Below are positions 36,650 through 48,902 of a stretch of DNA of 64,000 nucleotides, piece after piece. The notes under the pieces are model-generated. The model was given only the letters and a program-made list of their open reading frames with translations. It was not told the DNA's origin and made no database searches. Both the position numbers and the translations under genes were made by a program. Position 1 is the stretch's first letter. Each line of letters opens with the position of its first letter. The DNA is taken from the NCBI GenBank assembly GCA_002269645.1, contig NIVC01000068.1:558001-622000 (forward strand), given 5' to 3'. Source of the stretch: Macrostomum lignano (lineage: Eukaryota).

Positions 36650-36985
36650 TCAAGAGACAGGGGCGCCAACCAAGAGACAGGGGCGCCAACCAAGAGACAG
36701 GGGCGCGCCAACCAAGAGACAGGGGCGCGCCAACCAAGAGACAGGGGCGCGCCAACCAAGAGACAGGGGCGCGCCAACCAAGAGACAGGGGCGCGCCAAC
36801 CAAGAGACAGGGGCGCGCCAACCAAGAGACAGGGGCGCGCCAACCAAGAGACAGGGGCGCGCCAACCAAGAGACAGGGGCGCGCGAACCAAGAGACAGGG
36901 GCGCGCCAACCAAGAGACAGGGGCGCCAACTGAGAGACAGGGGCGCCAACCAAGAGACAGGGGCGCCAACCAAGAGACAGGGGTG
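36650..36985. repeat. 22-bp minisatellite (CCAACCAAGAGACAGGGGCGCG)
   Basis: About 15 units. Confidence 0.95.
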
Positions 36986-37469
36986 CCCGCTAAGAGACCA
37001 AACACACGTATTGGGCCCCTTAAGGTTGCGACCCCTTCAATTAAAATTCCTGTGCGAACATACGTATGCAGCCCAGTTTACCAGCCTATTAAAGTTGTTT
37101 TTTTGTCTTGTAGCACATACGTGTAATTTATAGTGTTTACATGTCATGCACATGCAGGATGTTTCAATGCAAGGTTATTTTATCGATGTACAGCCACATT
37201 GCTACCTATGAGATGCATGCAGATACCAGTGAGAGAAAGTGATCGGTAGAGGGACTGAGCCGCCATTGGCAGTGCTAATAGCAGCCAATGAGGAATTCTT
37301 GCGTTATAAAATCAAGCAAATCCATATAACTAAAGGTGTTAAAACTTTAATAGCATTGGAAGATACCCAAACACCTCTAATTTATTCAAACTGGCTTGAC
37401 TAAAAAACTTTTCGTAACTGCGTTACGCAAGACCAAAATTATAGGTAATTGGGTAATTGCCTGCTCTAA

Positions 37470-38222
37470 ATGCAAGACCCACCGCCATATCATATTCTTA
37501 TTCGGGCAGTTTTGATTTTTCTCTGCTCACTGCTGCCAGTCCTGGCTCAGTGCCCCGCTCCCTTCTACATCGAGGCCGCCAGGTGCATATTCGTGAACCC
37601 ATCCCAGAGCTTCACCTGGTGCGAGGCCAATCGGCAGTGCTCATCGATCGGAGGCGAGCTCATCAACTCGTACGGCTCTCTGAAGCTGCTGCCCAACATG
37701 TCGAGTTTTCAAACTGGCAATAAAATCTGGCTCGGAGTGACCGACATGGCGGATGAGAGAAGCACCAGCAGGGAGGGCTGGCAGACGGTGTTCGGCAGAG
37801 GCCAGCTGCCTCTCGATGACTCTCTGTGGGTCAACGGTGACCCAAACAATAAAGACGGTAAACAGGACTGCGTAGGCACCTTTGATAGCTCCACTAATGT
37901 CGTCGACCTCTCCTGCTCTGACAAACTTGGATTCGCGTGCGAGTTCGCTGCAGCTGCTCCGATTCCGGCCCAACTCAGCCAGTGGAGGCGAACTCCGTTC
38001 AAGCGGTCCAGCTACAATCCCAGCTCTGAGTACTGCTTCACTGACCTGACCAACATCGACAGCGCTATCGAGTGCGTTGCCATGGCGATGAGATCGAAGG
38101 ACAGCCAGCACGTGCTGTTCAATAAGAAGCAAAAGAAATGCCGCCTGCTGCACTTCACCGACGCTCAGGTGGAGGAGGCGATCGAGGTGAGCGCCGACTG
38201 GGTGAAGTTCGGCCTGACCTGA
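37470..38222 (+). CDS. Secreted C-type lectin domain protein with C-terminal PAN/apple-like segment, paralogue 1 (intronless, 250 aa)
   Basis: Signal peptide ending PVLA-QCP; C-type lectin pattern FTWCEANRQC...IWLGV...DPNN...DC...C...FACE. Confidence 0.85.
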   Translation: MQDPPPYHILIRAVLIFLCSLLPVLAQCPAPFYIEAARCIFVNPSQSFTWCEANRQCSSIGGELINSYGSLKLLPNMSSFQTGNKIWLGVTDMADERSTSREGWQTVFGRGQLPLDDSLWVNGDPNNKDGKQDCVGTFDSSTNVVDLSCSDKLGFACEFAAAAPIPAQLSQWRRTPFKRSSYNPSSEYCFTDLTNIDSAIECVAMAMRSKDSQHVLFNKKQKKCRLLHFTDAQVEEAIEVSADWVKFGLT

Positions 38223-38959
38223 GAGGCGAGGATGCTTGGAGCTGCTGGATCTGACCGAAGAGCCGACTGTGCAATCGCAATAAAAGCACCATGAGAACAG
38301 ACTGAGAACAGACTTAACAGCTGGTTCGATCGTTTCAACTTTGGTCTGAATATGAAGAAGCATTGTGGAATTGTTTTTTACCTGTCTTTGTTGTGGTTTT
38401 TTTTGTTCCATTTCCAAATGGGGAAATCTCTTTGTATTCTAATATTAAACTGTGCAATAAACTTCAACCAGCTATGAAAAATTATAACTTTTCGTTTCAA
38501 TTTTAGACAGTTTGCTTGAAAAGTTTGTCACCCTGATGGAATCAAAAGAAAAAAAAACTATCGAAATTTGAACTTGCATTCCTAAATTGTTGTTAATCTG
38601 GTTGCAGTTATTTTAAACAAAATCAAAACAGACACGAGCTGTGAGGTTAAAGCGTCAGACGATCACTGTGGGTACTGCGTGAAAGAGCAAAAGAGTTTTT
38701 GCCACCGGCCCTGATGCCGACTTGATCCGCCATCAACATTCTGACGGTTCAAAAGCGGCGCATTTCACTGAACTTTGTGGGGGACACTGTGGACGAGAGC
38801 AGGAATTGGTTGTGGGCTGCACGTGAGCTCTTCCCCGACATGGTTTACTACGTCGCCATTCAATCTCGCTGCAGCAAGACAGTTGACGAACGGGAAAGCG
38901 CTGGGTCCGATTGGAATGACCACTTGTAGGGCCAGGGAGTTGACGAAACGTGTGCTGCT

Positions 38960-39260
38960 CGGTGAGAAGTCACCGAACGAATGGGACCACAGCTCAAATT
39001 GTCGCTTTTTCTAAGAAGCCGGGCACAACAAAGGGAATCGAGGCATCTTCCTTAAGTCCTGCGCTGCGAAGCTGTTTAACCGATGCTGTTTATTGCGTTT
39101 GCAGCCGGTGCTGAGCAGAACGGCTTCAGGCCACATCGCGGCGCACTGGCGCACATCCTCTTTACCAAGTCATCAGGAACGCGCGGATGCACTATTTCAA
39201 GAAGGAATTCGACTCGATTGTCAGAGCTGTCGAGGGGCTGGATTTCGTCATCATGGATGT
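38960..39260 (+). mobile_element. Degenerate RTE-like reverse transcriptase fragment
   Basis: NRGIFLKSCAAKLFNRCCLLRLQP and AEQNGFRPHRGALAHIL resemble non-LTR RT motifs; frameshifted. Confidence 0.75.
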
Positions 39261-39282
39261 CTCAACAACTGAGAGCCGATTT

Positions 39283-39497
39283 TGATTACACCTGCCCAGC
39301 CATTGCGCGGCTCATATGAAGGCTGCGTACGGCTGTTCAATCCAGGGACTGGGGGTCGCCACCCACACCCTTAATTACCCCAGCTAATGCTCGCACCCAT
39401 TTTACAGCTGGGTGAACTGAAGCAATGCAGAGTTAAGTGCTCAAGGACACAAATTCGAGAATCGAAACCACGACATTTGAGCTCTAACCACTAGGCT
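39283..39497 (-). mobile_element. tRNA-derived SINE family 1 (internally deleted)
   Basis: Match to 22349-22632. Confidence 0.82.
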
Positions 39498-39664
39498 GCA
39501 AACCATTTCTAAAAACTTCTAGCTCTGTTCTACTACTACAAGTTCTGGTCTTCTACTCAACACATAACAGGAAAACTTCAAGTGTAATCACCGACGAAGA
39601 CAAATTAATTGTATCTGTTCCTCTCTTGTAATAAACCTGTATATCGCGTTCCCCCATTTCAATT

Positions 39665-39900
39665 AGAGGCTCAAAATTCTTAGGTCCGAGTGCGCTTCTT
39701 TAGGCTACGAGTTATTCCACGTGTAAGTTCTGAGTGGAATAGCATTGGGAAAGTTACCCCTAGTCTTTGCTGCGTACGTAGGCCGACTGTATCAGTCTAA
39801 AAAAGGATCTATTTAAGCAGTACAGACTACTTAAAGCACTGCATCACTTTTAGCGTCTGTTTTTAGGCGAATGCTTTATGCTTTATGGGAAAAGCGAATG
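39665..39900. repeat. Dispersed repeat, copy 1 (copy 2 at 47830-48210)
   Basis: Shared GAGTTATTCCACGTGTAA...GCATTGGGAAAGTTACCCCTAGTCTTTGCTGCGTA...GCTTTATGGGAAAAGCGAAT. Confidence 0.85.
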
Positions 39901-40199
39901 TCTGACCGTTTACGTTGGCGCCCCGCTCCTTTTCAGGGCCTCTATTGGCGCCCAGCTGGCACCGAGGCACCCACCGTATCAATTGCGAATTTCAGCTCAA
40001 ATCAAATTAACGACCTGACGTACTTGAAGTAATTAAATCCAATTCAAGCCATTTTTGAGTATAAACAAAAAGGACCTGCATCCTGTGTCCCACCAACGCT
40101 CAGTTGGAGGAGGAACCAAGGCTGCGTTAAGTTCGAAGCCAGAAATATTCCCATAGAAGCAGTTTTGAATTGATGTTACTTATTTTAAGGGGCTCCACG

Positions 40200-40430
40200 T
40201 CATTAGCAGTGGTGCCATATCATTAGCAGTGGTGCCATATCATTAGCGGGGTTGCCATATCATTAGCAGTGGTGTCATATCATTAGCGGGGTTGCCATAT
40301 CATTAGCGGGGTTGCCATATCATTAGCGGGGTTGCCATATCATTAGCGGGGTTGCCATATCATTAGCAGTGGTGCCATATCATTAGCGGGGTTGCCATAT
40401 CATTAGCAGTGGTGCCATATCATTAGCGAG
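40200..40430. repeat. 20-bp minisatellite (CATTAGCGGGGTTGCCATAT)
   Basis: About 11 units. Confidence 0.95.
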
Positions 40431-40689
40431 GTATCCCACTAGAAAAACAAATCTGTGAATTTATTTAGATATACGAGTGGGAAAGCTAGCTTTCTATATG
40501 AAGGATTCAGAAACTTGCAGCGTTTTGAATATCGGAAGTCAAAAAGTCGATAGCATCAGCGCAGAAGTGTAGCGTCAGTGTAACTATCAAGAATTTCTTG
40601 AGACAATTTGTTTTAAAAGGCAGGGCTTACCAGAAATCAAAAGCTAACGCCCCAGGAGCTAAAGCCTTTGAATAAGACAGTCCGCATCT

Positions 40690-40870
40690 TCCTACACAGT
40701 TACATGGATTGGGCCTCTATATAAATAAAGCAGGGAATTTCAACTGACCGATGTGGCAGAGGCTTCGGTGCCTCGCAACAGCATTTTACCGTTTCGGCGT
40801 TCCGGATGTAGTCCAATTGGATTCAGACAGTTGCTTAGTCAAATAGGCCAAGAAAAGTAAATATTTGAAG
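40690..40870. repeat. Unidentified diverged dispersed sequence (related copy at 46540-46720)
   Basis: Shared GGCGTTCCGGATGTAGTC and CAGACAGTTGCTTAGTCAAATAGGC. Confidence 0.75.
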
Positions 40871-41881
40871 CACAGGCTCATTACTACTGTGTCTAGAAAT
40901 TTACTTTCAAAAATCGAAATGGTTTGCACATTGAAGCTGTCTAGAAGAGCTTTCTCAATCCCTAAGTGGGGATTTCCAACATGCAAGACAGGAATTTGTC
41001 GGAGGCGAGCTAACGTTAGCTAGTGAGCGACAGTGGTCCTGCTACTTCAGTAAATATTCTGCAGCAACCGATGATGTCATGGCATGGATTTAAGCGAAAA
41101 TTCGCCATTAGGTGAGTCAACTTGCTTGCAGTTTTGTCTTTTTTTATTTGCTTGTTTGTTCATATTTGACAGACAGCGGGGATGCAGTGATGGGGATGGA
41201 TACGTTTTCAGTTTTTAGTTGGCTCCGTTGCAGGCTCAAACAGACGAGATAATATCGATTTCTATTTTTGATTTCTAAGAGCTACCAACTCGCTTTAAAA
41301 TTCCAGCAATTTTAATGGAGAAGAGCCTTCAATCCTTCAGCTTTGCATGCGTGAGTGAGCCGGCTGCATCAAAGGCAATTGAAGCTTTCAACGTCGGAAA
41401 TGGACTTCAATAATTTCACCATTTACTCCTAGACACATGTAAATACCGACAAACCATTCTTAGTAGAATATGTGGATTACACAGCTGAATTTTACCATCA
41501 GGACTAGGCCTCTCATCTCTCAAAGCGAAGTCGCTAAAGCATTGTCTCCAAAGCAGTATCTGTATCGCCCTACGCTCGTACCTGCAAAGCGATGTCTGCA
41601 AGATGTCTGCAAAGCGGGATGTCTGCAAAGTGGGATGTCTGCAAAGCAACGCAGACAATTAGAACAGGTGGAAGGGCAACCTCGCTCAAATGAAGAATTA
41701 GTCAGTAAAGTCAATCACAATAATACGGCGAACGTACTTAGTGTACACGATATGACAACACGCTTCACGTTCACTATGCTTTGAAAAATCATTGCTGCCG
41801 AATGGTTTAGCCAACAAGTGAATGCAGTTAATCATAGTTTTTACCATAGACGTTAAAATACTTTAAATATAAAAGTATATA

Positions 41882-42019
41882 ATCTCTGCCGTTTATTCAT
41901 TTATCTGTGGCCGTCTGAACGACTGCTGAGAACTTGTTTCTCGGCCGAGGCGCAGCAGAGGCCTGATAAACGAGTTTCAAGTCGTTCTGGCCATAGAAAA
42001 ATGAATAAACGGCAGAGAT
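41882..42019. mobile_element. Small hairpin/MITE with 31-bp near-perfect TIR
   Basis: ATCTCTGCCGTTTATTCATTTATCTGTGGCC vs reverse complement of GGCCATAGAAAAATGAATAAACGGCAGAGAT. Confidence 0.75.
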
Positions 42020-42583
42020 AGTATTTTTCCACAACTTGGCTCGGTCTTGTGGAAAAAAGAACTATAGCTCAACAGTCTATGGTTCTGATCGTCAGTTCCA
42101 AATAAATCGTTTCTTCGTCCGGGACAGATAAATCGTTTCTTCGTCCTGGACAAATAAATGCTTCAACACTAGACCATAGACTTATTTGACCGGGACAAGT
42201 GGGGGACAAATGATTAATTCGCCGGCTCTCCAGTGAATCCAGGAAGCGTCCAATTAAAAATTACTTGATTTTTATTACTCATTTATTTTAAACAATAAAA
42301 ATACCGGAGTGGAATTCCATCAACTTTTACAGCGAGTCGATACACTGCACAGGCAACTTCAGTGTACAAGTAAGGATGATACACGCTTGTAATCAATATT
42401 TTGCCCATTGGATGGAAAGCGAGGGTAGCTCTGATTGGTTGGCCTCCCAGTCGCTAATGAGAATATTTTGGGTCGAAAATCTAGCGAATATAAACGTTAA
42501 AAAAACTCAAATAATTTAGCACCATGAAAAACACCGATTTCAAACTCGATAACCGAGACGAGACTAACTGCAATCGCACCCGA

Positions 42584-43339
42584 ATGCAACGGTCAGTCGC
42601 AGTGCGAACATTTATTCACATTATTTTGATTTTGCTCTGCTCACTGCTGCCAGTGCTGGCTCAGTGCCCCGCTCCGTTTAACCTGGAGGCCGCCAGGTGC
42701 ATATTCGTGAACCCATCCCAGAGCTTCACCTGGTGCGAGGCCAATCGGCAGTGCTCATCGATCGGAGGCGAGCTCATCAACTCGTACGGCTCGCTGCAGC
42801 TGCTGCCCAGCATGCCGAGTTTTCAAACTGGCAATAAAATCTGGCTCGGAGTGACCGACATGGCGGATGAGAGAAGCACCAGCAGGGAGGGCTGGCAGAC
42901 GGTGTTCGGCAAAGACCAGCTGCCTCTGAATGCCTCTCTGTGGGGCAGCATTAACCCAAACAACTTAGGCGGTAAGCAGGACTGCGTTTGTACATACACA
43001 AATAATAGCGAACTCGCCGACTTCTTTTGCTCTCACAAACTTGGATTCGCGTGCGAGTTCGCTGCAGCTGCTCCGATTGCGGCTCAACTCAACGGCCAGT
43101 GGAGGCGAACTCCGTTCAAGCGGTCCAGCTACAATCCCAGCTCTGAGTACTGCTTCACTGACCTGACCAACATCGACAGCGCTATCGAGTGCGTTGCCAT
43201 GGCGATGAGATCGAAGGACAGCCAGCACGTGCTGTTCAATAAGAAACAAAAGAAATGCCGCCTGCTGCACTTCACCGACGCTCAGGTGGAGGAGGCGATC
43301 GAGACGAGCGCCGACTGGGTGAAGTTCCGCCTGACCTGA
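42584..43339 (+). CDS. Secreted C-type lectin domain protein, paralogue 2 (intronless, 251 aa from Met at 42584)
   Basis: Near-identical to 37470-38222 outside the ligand loop; Met 42584 lies the same 18 codons before the conserved Cys as in paralogue 1. Confidence 0.85.
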   Translation: MQRSVAVRTFIHIILILLCSLLPVLAQCPAPFNLEAARCIFVNPSQSFTWCEANRQCSSIGGELINSYGSLQLLPSMPSFQTGNKIWLGVTDMADERSTSREGWQTVFGKDQLPLNASLWGSINPNNLGGKQDCVCTYTNNSELADFFCSHKLGFACEFAAAAPIAAQLNGQWRRTPFKRSSYNPSSEYCFTDLTNIDSAIECVAMAMRSKDSQHVLFNKKQKKCRLLHFTDAQVEEAIETSADWVKFRLT

Positions 43340-44019
43340 GAGGCGAGGAGGCTTGGAGCTGCTGGATCTGACCGCTGAACTGGAGATGGTCAAAGAGCAA
43401 ATCAATACGATAGCTCGCGAATTGGTTGAGATACTGGTTAATTCTATTTTATCCCAAAAATTATAAAAGGCCTAAAATGCATTGGTTTGCGACTGGTCTT
43501 GACTAGTCAGTAACCAGTTTTAAACCCCTCTCCTCTGCCCTGTCTTGTGTCGCTTTGCGAACGTTCCTTAAAAATGGACTTTCTTTTCGGTTTCTTATTC
43601 TTAAATATGATTTTTCTCTCTCTGATTTTCAGTTTTTTCTGCTGGTTCTCCATGACGAACTGCCACTGTGCAATCGCATGAGAATCACCTCGATACTCTG
43701 AGAACTGATACTCATACACTTGTTTACCTTGTTTTCTTTTCAACTGGGCTACTGAAAATATGAAAATCTTTCATTATCTTAGAAAAATTATTTACAATTA
43801 GTCAAATTATTTTTTCTTCTTCTGGACATTATGTAAAAGCACATAGTTTGTGATCGAATTTTTCGAATACAATTAAATGTGAGTTGACGCACAAGAGCTA
43901 AATATTATACAACTATCCAGAGCATTCAAATATTATGCTGGCTCTCGTTTTTATTTCGAAGAATTCAAATTTGCGTCCAAAGTGAAACGAATTATTCAAT
44001 CCAAATTCAAATTATTCAA

Positions 44020-44240
44020 AAAACTGCCAGAAGGTCGGGTTTTTCCATAGGCGCCAGTGAATTCAATACACCCCTGTGCAATCAGCACTGTGCTCATTGC
44101 TCGGGCTTGCCAAGCCTCCAAGTTTCACCAGCACGTCGAAAAAATGTGTCTGCATCAACTCGGACTTCGTTGGTCACTGGCCTTCACCCAGGCGGAGCTT
44201 CTCGACCTTCATGAGGTGGCACCAAATGACCATGGTCACA
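44020..44240. repeat. Unidentified diverged dispersed sequence (related copy at 47260-47480)
   Basis: Shared CTGCCAGAAGGTCGG, TTTCACCAGCACGTCGA, GACTTCGTTGGTCACTGGCCTT. Confidence 0.78.
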
Positions 44241-44439
44241 CTGTTGCAATTTTCTCCAGTTTTGCTGATCATCCATCCTCAGCTGGTCACTCAAACACTC
44301 TTTCATCGCCCCGACGACATCGGCAGCTTCAACAAGTGGCCCGGAGATACATAGAACACCCAGCCCTGTTGCAAATTTCTTAGATAAGCCTTATCCTAAC
44401 CACTGTGCTTGTCCCCTCGTGCTAAGGACCCTGGTGTTA

Positions 44440-46435
44440 AAGCCCCTGGTGTAAGCCCCTGTCGCTAAAGACCCGGGTGCTAAAGACCAGGGTGCTAAAC
44501 CCCCTGGTGTTAAAGCCCCTGGTGCTAAAGCCCCTGGTGCTAAAGCCCCTGGTGCTAAAGACCCTGGTGCTAAAGACCAGGGTGCTAAACCCCCTGGTGT
44601 TAAAGCCCCTGGTGCTAAAGCCCCTGGTGCTAAAGCCCCTGGTGCTAAAGACCCTGGTGCTAAAGACCCTGGTGCTAAAGACCCTGGTGCTAAAGACCCT
44701 GCTGCTAAAGACCCTGCTGCTAAAGACCCTGGTGCTAAAGACCCGGGTGCTAAAGACCCGGGTACTAAAGACCCTGGTGCTAAAGCCCCGGGTGCTAAAG
44801 ACCCTGGTGCTAAAGCCCCTGGTGCTAAAGACCCTGCTGCTAAAGACCCTGCTGCTAAAGACCCTGCTGCTAAAGACCCTGATGCTAAAGACCCTGGTGC
44901 TAAAGACCCGGGTGCTAAAGACCCGGGTGCTAAAGACCCGGATGCTAAAGACCCGGGTGCTAAAGACCCTGGTGCTAAAGACCCTGCTGCTAAAGACCCT
45001 GGTGCTAAAGACCCTGGTGCTAAAGACCCGGGTGCTAAAGCCCCTGGTGCTAAAGACCCGGGTGCTAAAGCCCCTGGTGCTAAAGACCCTGGTGCTAAAG
45101 ACCCTGCTGCTAAAGACCCTGGTGCTAAAGACCCTGCTGCTAAAGACCCTGGTGCTAAAGACCCTGCTGCTAAAGACCCGGGTGCTAAAGACCCGGGTGC
45201 TAAAGCCCCTGGTGCTAAAGCCCTTGGTGCTAAAGACCCTGGTGCTAAAGCCCCGGGTGCTAAAGACCCGGGTGCTAAAGACCCGGATGCTAAAGCCCCG
45301 GGCGCTAAAGCCCCGGGCGCTAAAGACCCTTGTGCTAAAGACCCTGCTGCTAAAGACCCTGCTGCTAAAGACCCTGGTGCTAAAGACCCTGCTGCTAAAG
45401 ACCCTGCTGCTAAAGACCCTGCTGCTAAAGACCCGGGTGCTAAAGCCCCGGGTGCTAAAGCCCCGGGTGCTAAAGACCCGGGTGCTAAAGACCCGGATGC
45501 TAAAGCCCCGGGCGCTAAAGACCCTGGTGCTAAAGACCCTGATGCTAAAGACCCAGGTGCTAAAGACCCAGGTGCTAAAGACCCAGGTGCTAAAGACCCA
45601 GGTGCTAAAGACCCAGGTGCTAAAGACCCAGGTGCTAAAGACCCTGGTGCTAAAGACCCTGATGCTAAAGACCCTGATGCTAAAGACCCAGGTGCTAAAG
45701 ACCCAGGTGCTAAAGACCCTGGTGCTAAAGACCCAGGTGCTAAAGACCCTGGTGCTAAAGACCCAGGTGCTAAAGACCCTGGTGCTACCCTGGTGCTAAA
45801 AACCCAGGTGCTAAAGACCCTGATGCTAAAGACCCTGATGCTAAAGACCCTGATGCTAAAGACCCAGGTGCTAAAGACCCAGGTGCTAAAGACCAAGGTG
45901 CTAAAGACCCTGGTGCTAAAGACCCGGGTGCTAAAGACCCGGGTGCTAAAGACCCGGGTGCTAAAGACCCGGGTGCTAAAGACCCGGGTGCTAAAGACCC
46001 GGGTGCTAAAGACCCGGGTGCTAAAGACCCGGGTGCTAAAGACCCGGGTGCTAAAGACCCTGGTGCTAAAGACCCGGGTGCTAAAGACCCGGGTGCTAAA
46101 GACCCGGGTGCTAAAGACCCGGGTGCTAAAGACCCGGGTGCTAAAGACCCGGGTGCTAAAGACCCTGATGCTAAAGACCCTGATGCTAAAGACCCTGATG
46201 CTAAAGACCCAGGTGCTAAAGACCAAGGTGCTAAAGACCCTGCTGCTAAAGACCCGGGTGCTAAAGACCCGGGTGCTAAAGACCCGGGTGCTAAAGACCC
46301 GGGTGCTAAAGACCCGGGTGCTAAAGACCCGGATGCTAAAGCCCCGGTGCTAAAGACCCTGGTGCTAAAGACCCGGGTGCTAAAGACCCGGATGCTAAAG
46401 ACCCTGGTGCTAAAGACCCTGCTGCTAAAGACCCT
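44440..46435. repeat. 2-kb 15-bp minisatellite (GGTGCTAAAGACCC[T/G/A])
   Basis: About 130 units; generates the long GSLAP/VLKT ORFs. Confidence 0.97.
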
Positions 46436-47829
46436 AGAGCTACGAGCGTAAAAGTCCCTGGTGCCAAGACCTTGCCCCTGACGCAATCAACTGCGCCTAC
46501 CCGCTGTGGGTTAGGGATTACCCGGCACCATCAACGTACACAGTTACAAGGATTGAGCCTCTATATCAACGATGCAGGGAATATTCAACTGGCCGATGAC
46601 GCATTGCTTTCAAAGCCTCGAAGCGGCGTTTAACCATTTTGGCGTTCCGGATGTAGTCGAATTGCATCCTGTTCCAGACAGTTGCTTAGTCAAATAGGCA
46701 AAGACAAGCAAATATTTGATCCACTGTCTCCGCAATTGCTGAGCGCAGCTTGCATTGGTGTCGTTTTTCAGCGTAAAACATTCTTTTTATGACTAACATC
46801 AGCTTTATCAAAATGAAAGCACAGGCTTATTGTGGACGTAGCTAGAAATTCCAAATCAAGGATTGAAAACAGGCCTTCAACATCAAAACTATTTATGTAT
46901 AATTCTGTTCAGAAAAGAAAACTCTCACTCCGCTGGGATTTCAAGTATGCATGCTTAGTGCAAGCTCAAAGAGGCAAGAGAATACCGGCTCTGTTTCTGA
47001 TTGCAACCAACTCGTTTAAAAACCCAAGCCATCTTAATTGAGAGGAGCCTTTAACAGTAGGAATACCAAGCCATCTTTCCGCCTGTCGAGCTATCTCGTA
47101 CTCGTACTTAGGGGGGGGGGATCCTGACAATGTTTTTGCTACGCCAGAAAGGAGCAACGCAGGCACACGAAATTCAAGAACACGGGCCAACTTTTGTTGC
47201 GCACCTTCTCAAACAAGAATCAAGTCGCCAGTCCCCCAGACCGTCGAGATATTCGACGATTCTGCCAGAAGGTCGGATTTTTCCCATAAGCGCCAGTGTA
47301 TTCAGAACACCCCTGTGCGCCAATCAGCACTGCGCCTCGGTGCAGCCTTGCCAAGTCTCCAAATTTCACCAGCACGTCGATCACATGTGTCTGCATCAGC
47401 TCTGACTTCGTTGGTCACTGGCCTTTACCCCGGCGGAGCTTCTGGACCTTCAACAGGTGGCACCAGGTGACTATGAACATCCTGATGCGAGTTTCTCTAG
47501 TTTCGCTGATCAAGTCTCGACAGTGGGCAACCACAACTGCTGGACATCATCAACTAGTCTCTCAAGCATTCAAGCATCACTCCGACCGAATGCTTGGAAA
47601 GTTGTATGAATAGTTTAATATCAAATATGCATATTTATTCTTGAATAACAACGTGTAAAACAATGTCAAATCAAAGATACTAAAAGAGACAAAAATATAA
47701 AACTGGTTTCACTTTCTCATCGCTCGTTGGCATTCTAGCTCGTATCTATAAAGCTCTACATCCTAATTCTTTCAAGAGGGTTCCAGACAGTGCTACGAGC
47801 GTATGCCCAAGGTTAAATATGATATTTAA

Positions 47830-48210
47830 GTTCAAAATTCTTATTTTGTTCGAGTGCGCATCTTTAGGCTACGGGCTGCGAGTTATTCCACGTGTAACTT
47901 TTGAGTTGAATGGCATTGGGAAAGTTACCCCTAGTCTTTGCTGCGTAGGCCGACTGTATCAGTCTAAAATTAAGGATCTCTTTGCTGCGTAGGCCGACTG
48001 TATCAGTCTAAAATTAAGGATCTCTTTGCTGCGTAGGCCGACTGTATCAGTCTAAAATTAAGGATCTCTTTGCTGCGTAGGCCGACTGTATCAGTCTAAA
48101 ATTAAGGATCTCTTTAAGCAGTACATACTACTTAAAGCACTGTGTCTACATGAATCACTTTTTGCCTCTGTTTTATGACGAATGCTGTATGCTTTATGGG
48201 AAAAGCGAAT
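47830..48210. repeat. Dispersed repeat copy 2 with an internal 49-bp triplication
   Basis: Match to 39665-39900; TTTGCTGCGTAGGCCGACTGTATCAGTCTAAAATTAAGGATCTC repeated three times. Confidence 0.85.
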
Positions 48211-48211
48211 T

Positions 48212-48305
48212 GGCGACCCGCACCCAGCACAATAGCTGCGGCTGAGCTGTCGGTTGCACATCTGGCCCAATTGGGACAGGTGTAATAAATTAAATTATTA
48301 TTATA
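48212..48305 (+). mobile_element. SINE family 1, 3' fragment
   Basis: GCTGAGCTGTCGGTTGCACATCTG...CAGGTGTAAT plus AT-rich tail. Confidence 0.7.
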
Positions 48306-48729
48306 TATTATGCCAAGGCTTTTTGAAAAGTTAACTTATTAGTTCAAAATCCTGAAAGTCGCACAGTAAGTCAAACTACTCACCAGGTAAAACAGCATCG
48401 AATGAAAAAGATTCGTACAGAATTTATTTTACGGATTTTATGTCAAAACAGAGATTTTCCGTTGCTTTTAGCTAAGAGGCGATACATAAAAAAGAAAAAG
48501 TTGTTTGTTCCTAGCGATAAAATTCGACCTAATGCATTGTACTGTCACGGATAGGCCAGTACGGTTCAGTATAATCCATAATGCTATAGCCGTCCAGTCG
48601 CCGATTCTTTCTCTTAACACTGTAGTAGTAGTAGAAACATCGATGCATTCGCTAGCCAGCTAAAAATTTGAGCTTTAATTATCGATGAGGAAAACCGACG
48701 GGAAAGATACTCGAATACGTTTATGAGAA

Positions 48730-48771
<42 letters not shown>

Positions 48772-48902
48772 TCAAAGATGAAACCGCAACCAATCCGCGC
48801 TTTTGGTTTGCGATTTCTGAGAGCCTGAATTATGAATTTGTTTTACTATATAAAAACACAGACAACCATCAACACTATCATGCCAAATTTCAGGCCTCAA
48901 AA

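Noticed and set aside
42524-42583. Longer N-terminus of lectin paralogue 2
   Set aside because: Met 42584 aligns with the paralogue 1 start and precedes the signal peptide
44391-46486. 611-aa, 440-aa and related long ORFs
   Set aside because: They are translations of a 15-bp minisatellite that happens to lack stops; no splice or start context
48723-48902. Upstream ATG of the channel ORF
   Set aside because: The extension runs through a (GA)n tract; ATG 48903, preceded by a TTTCAG acceptor, is more plausible
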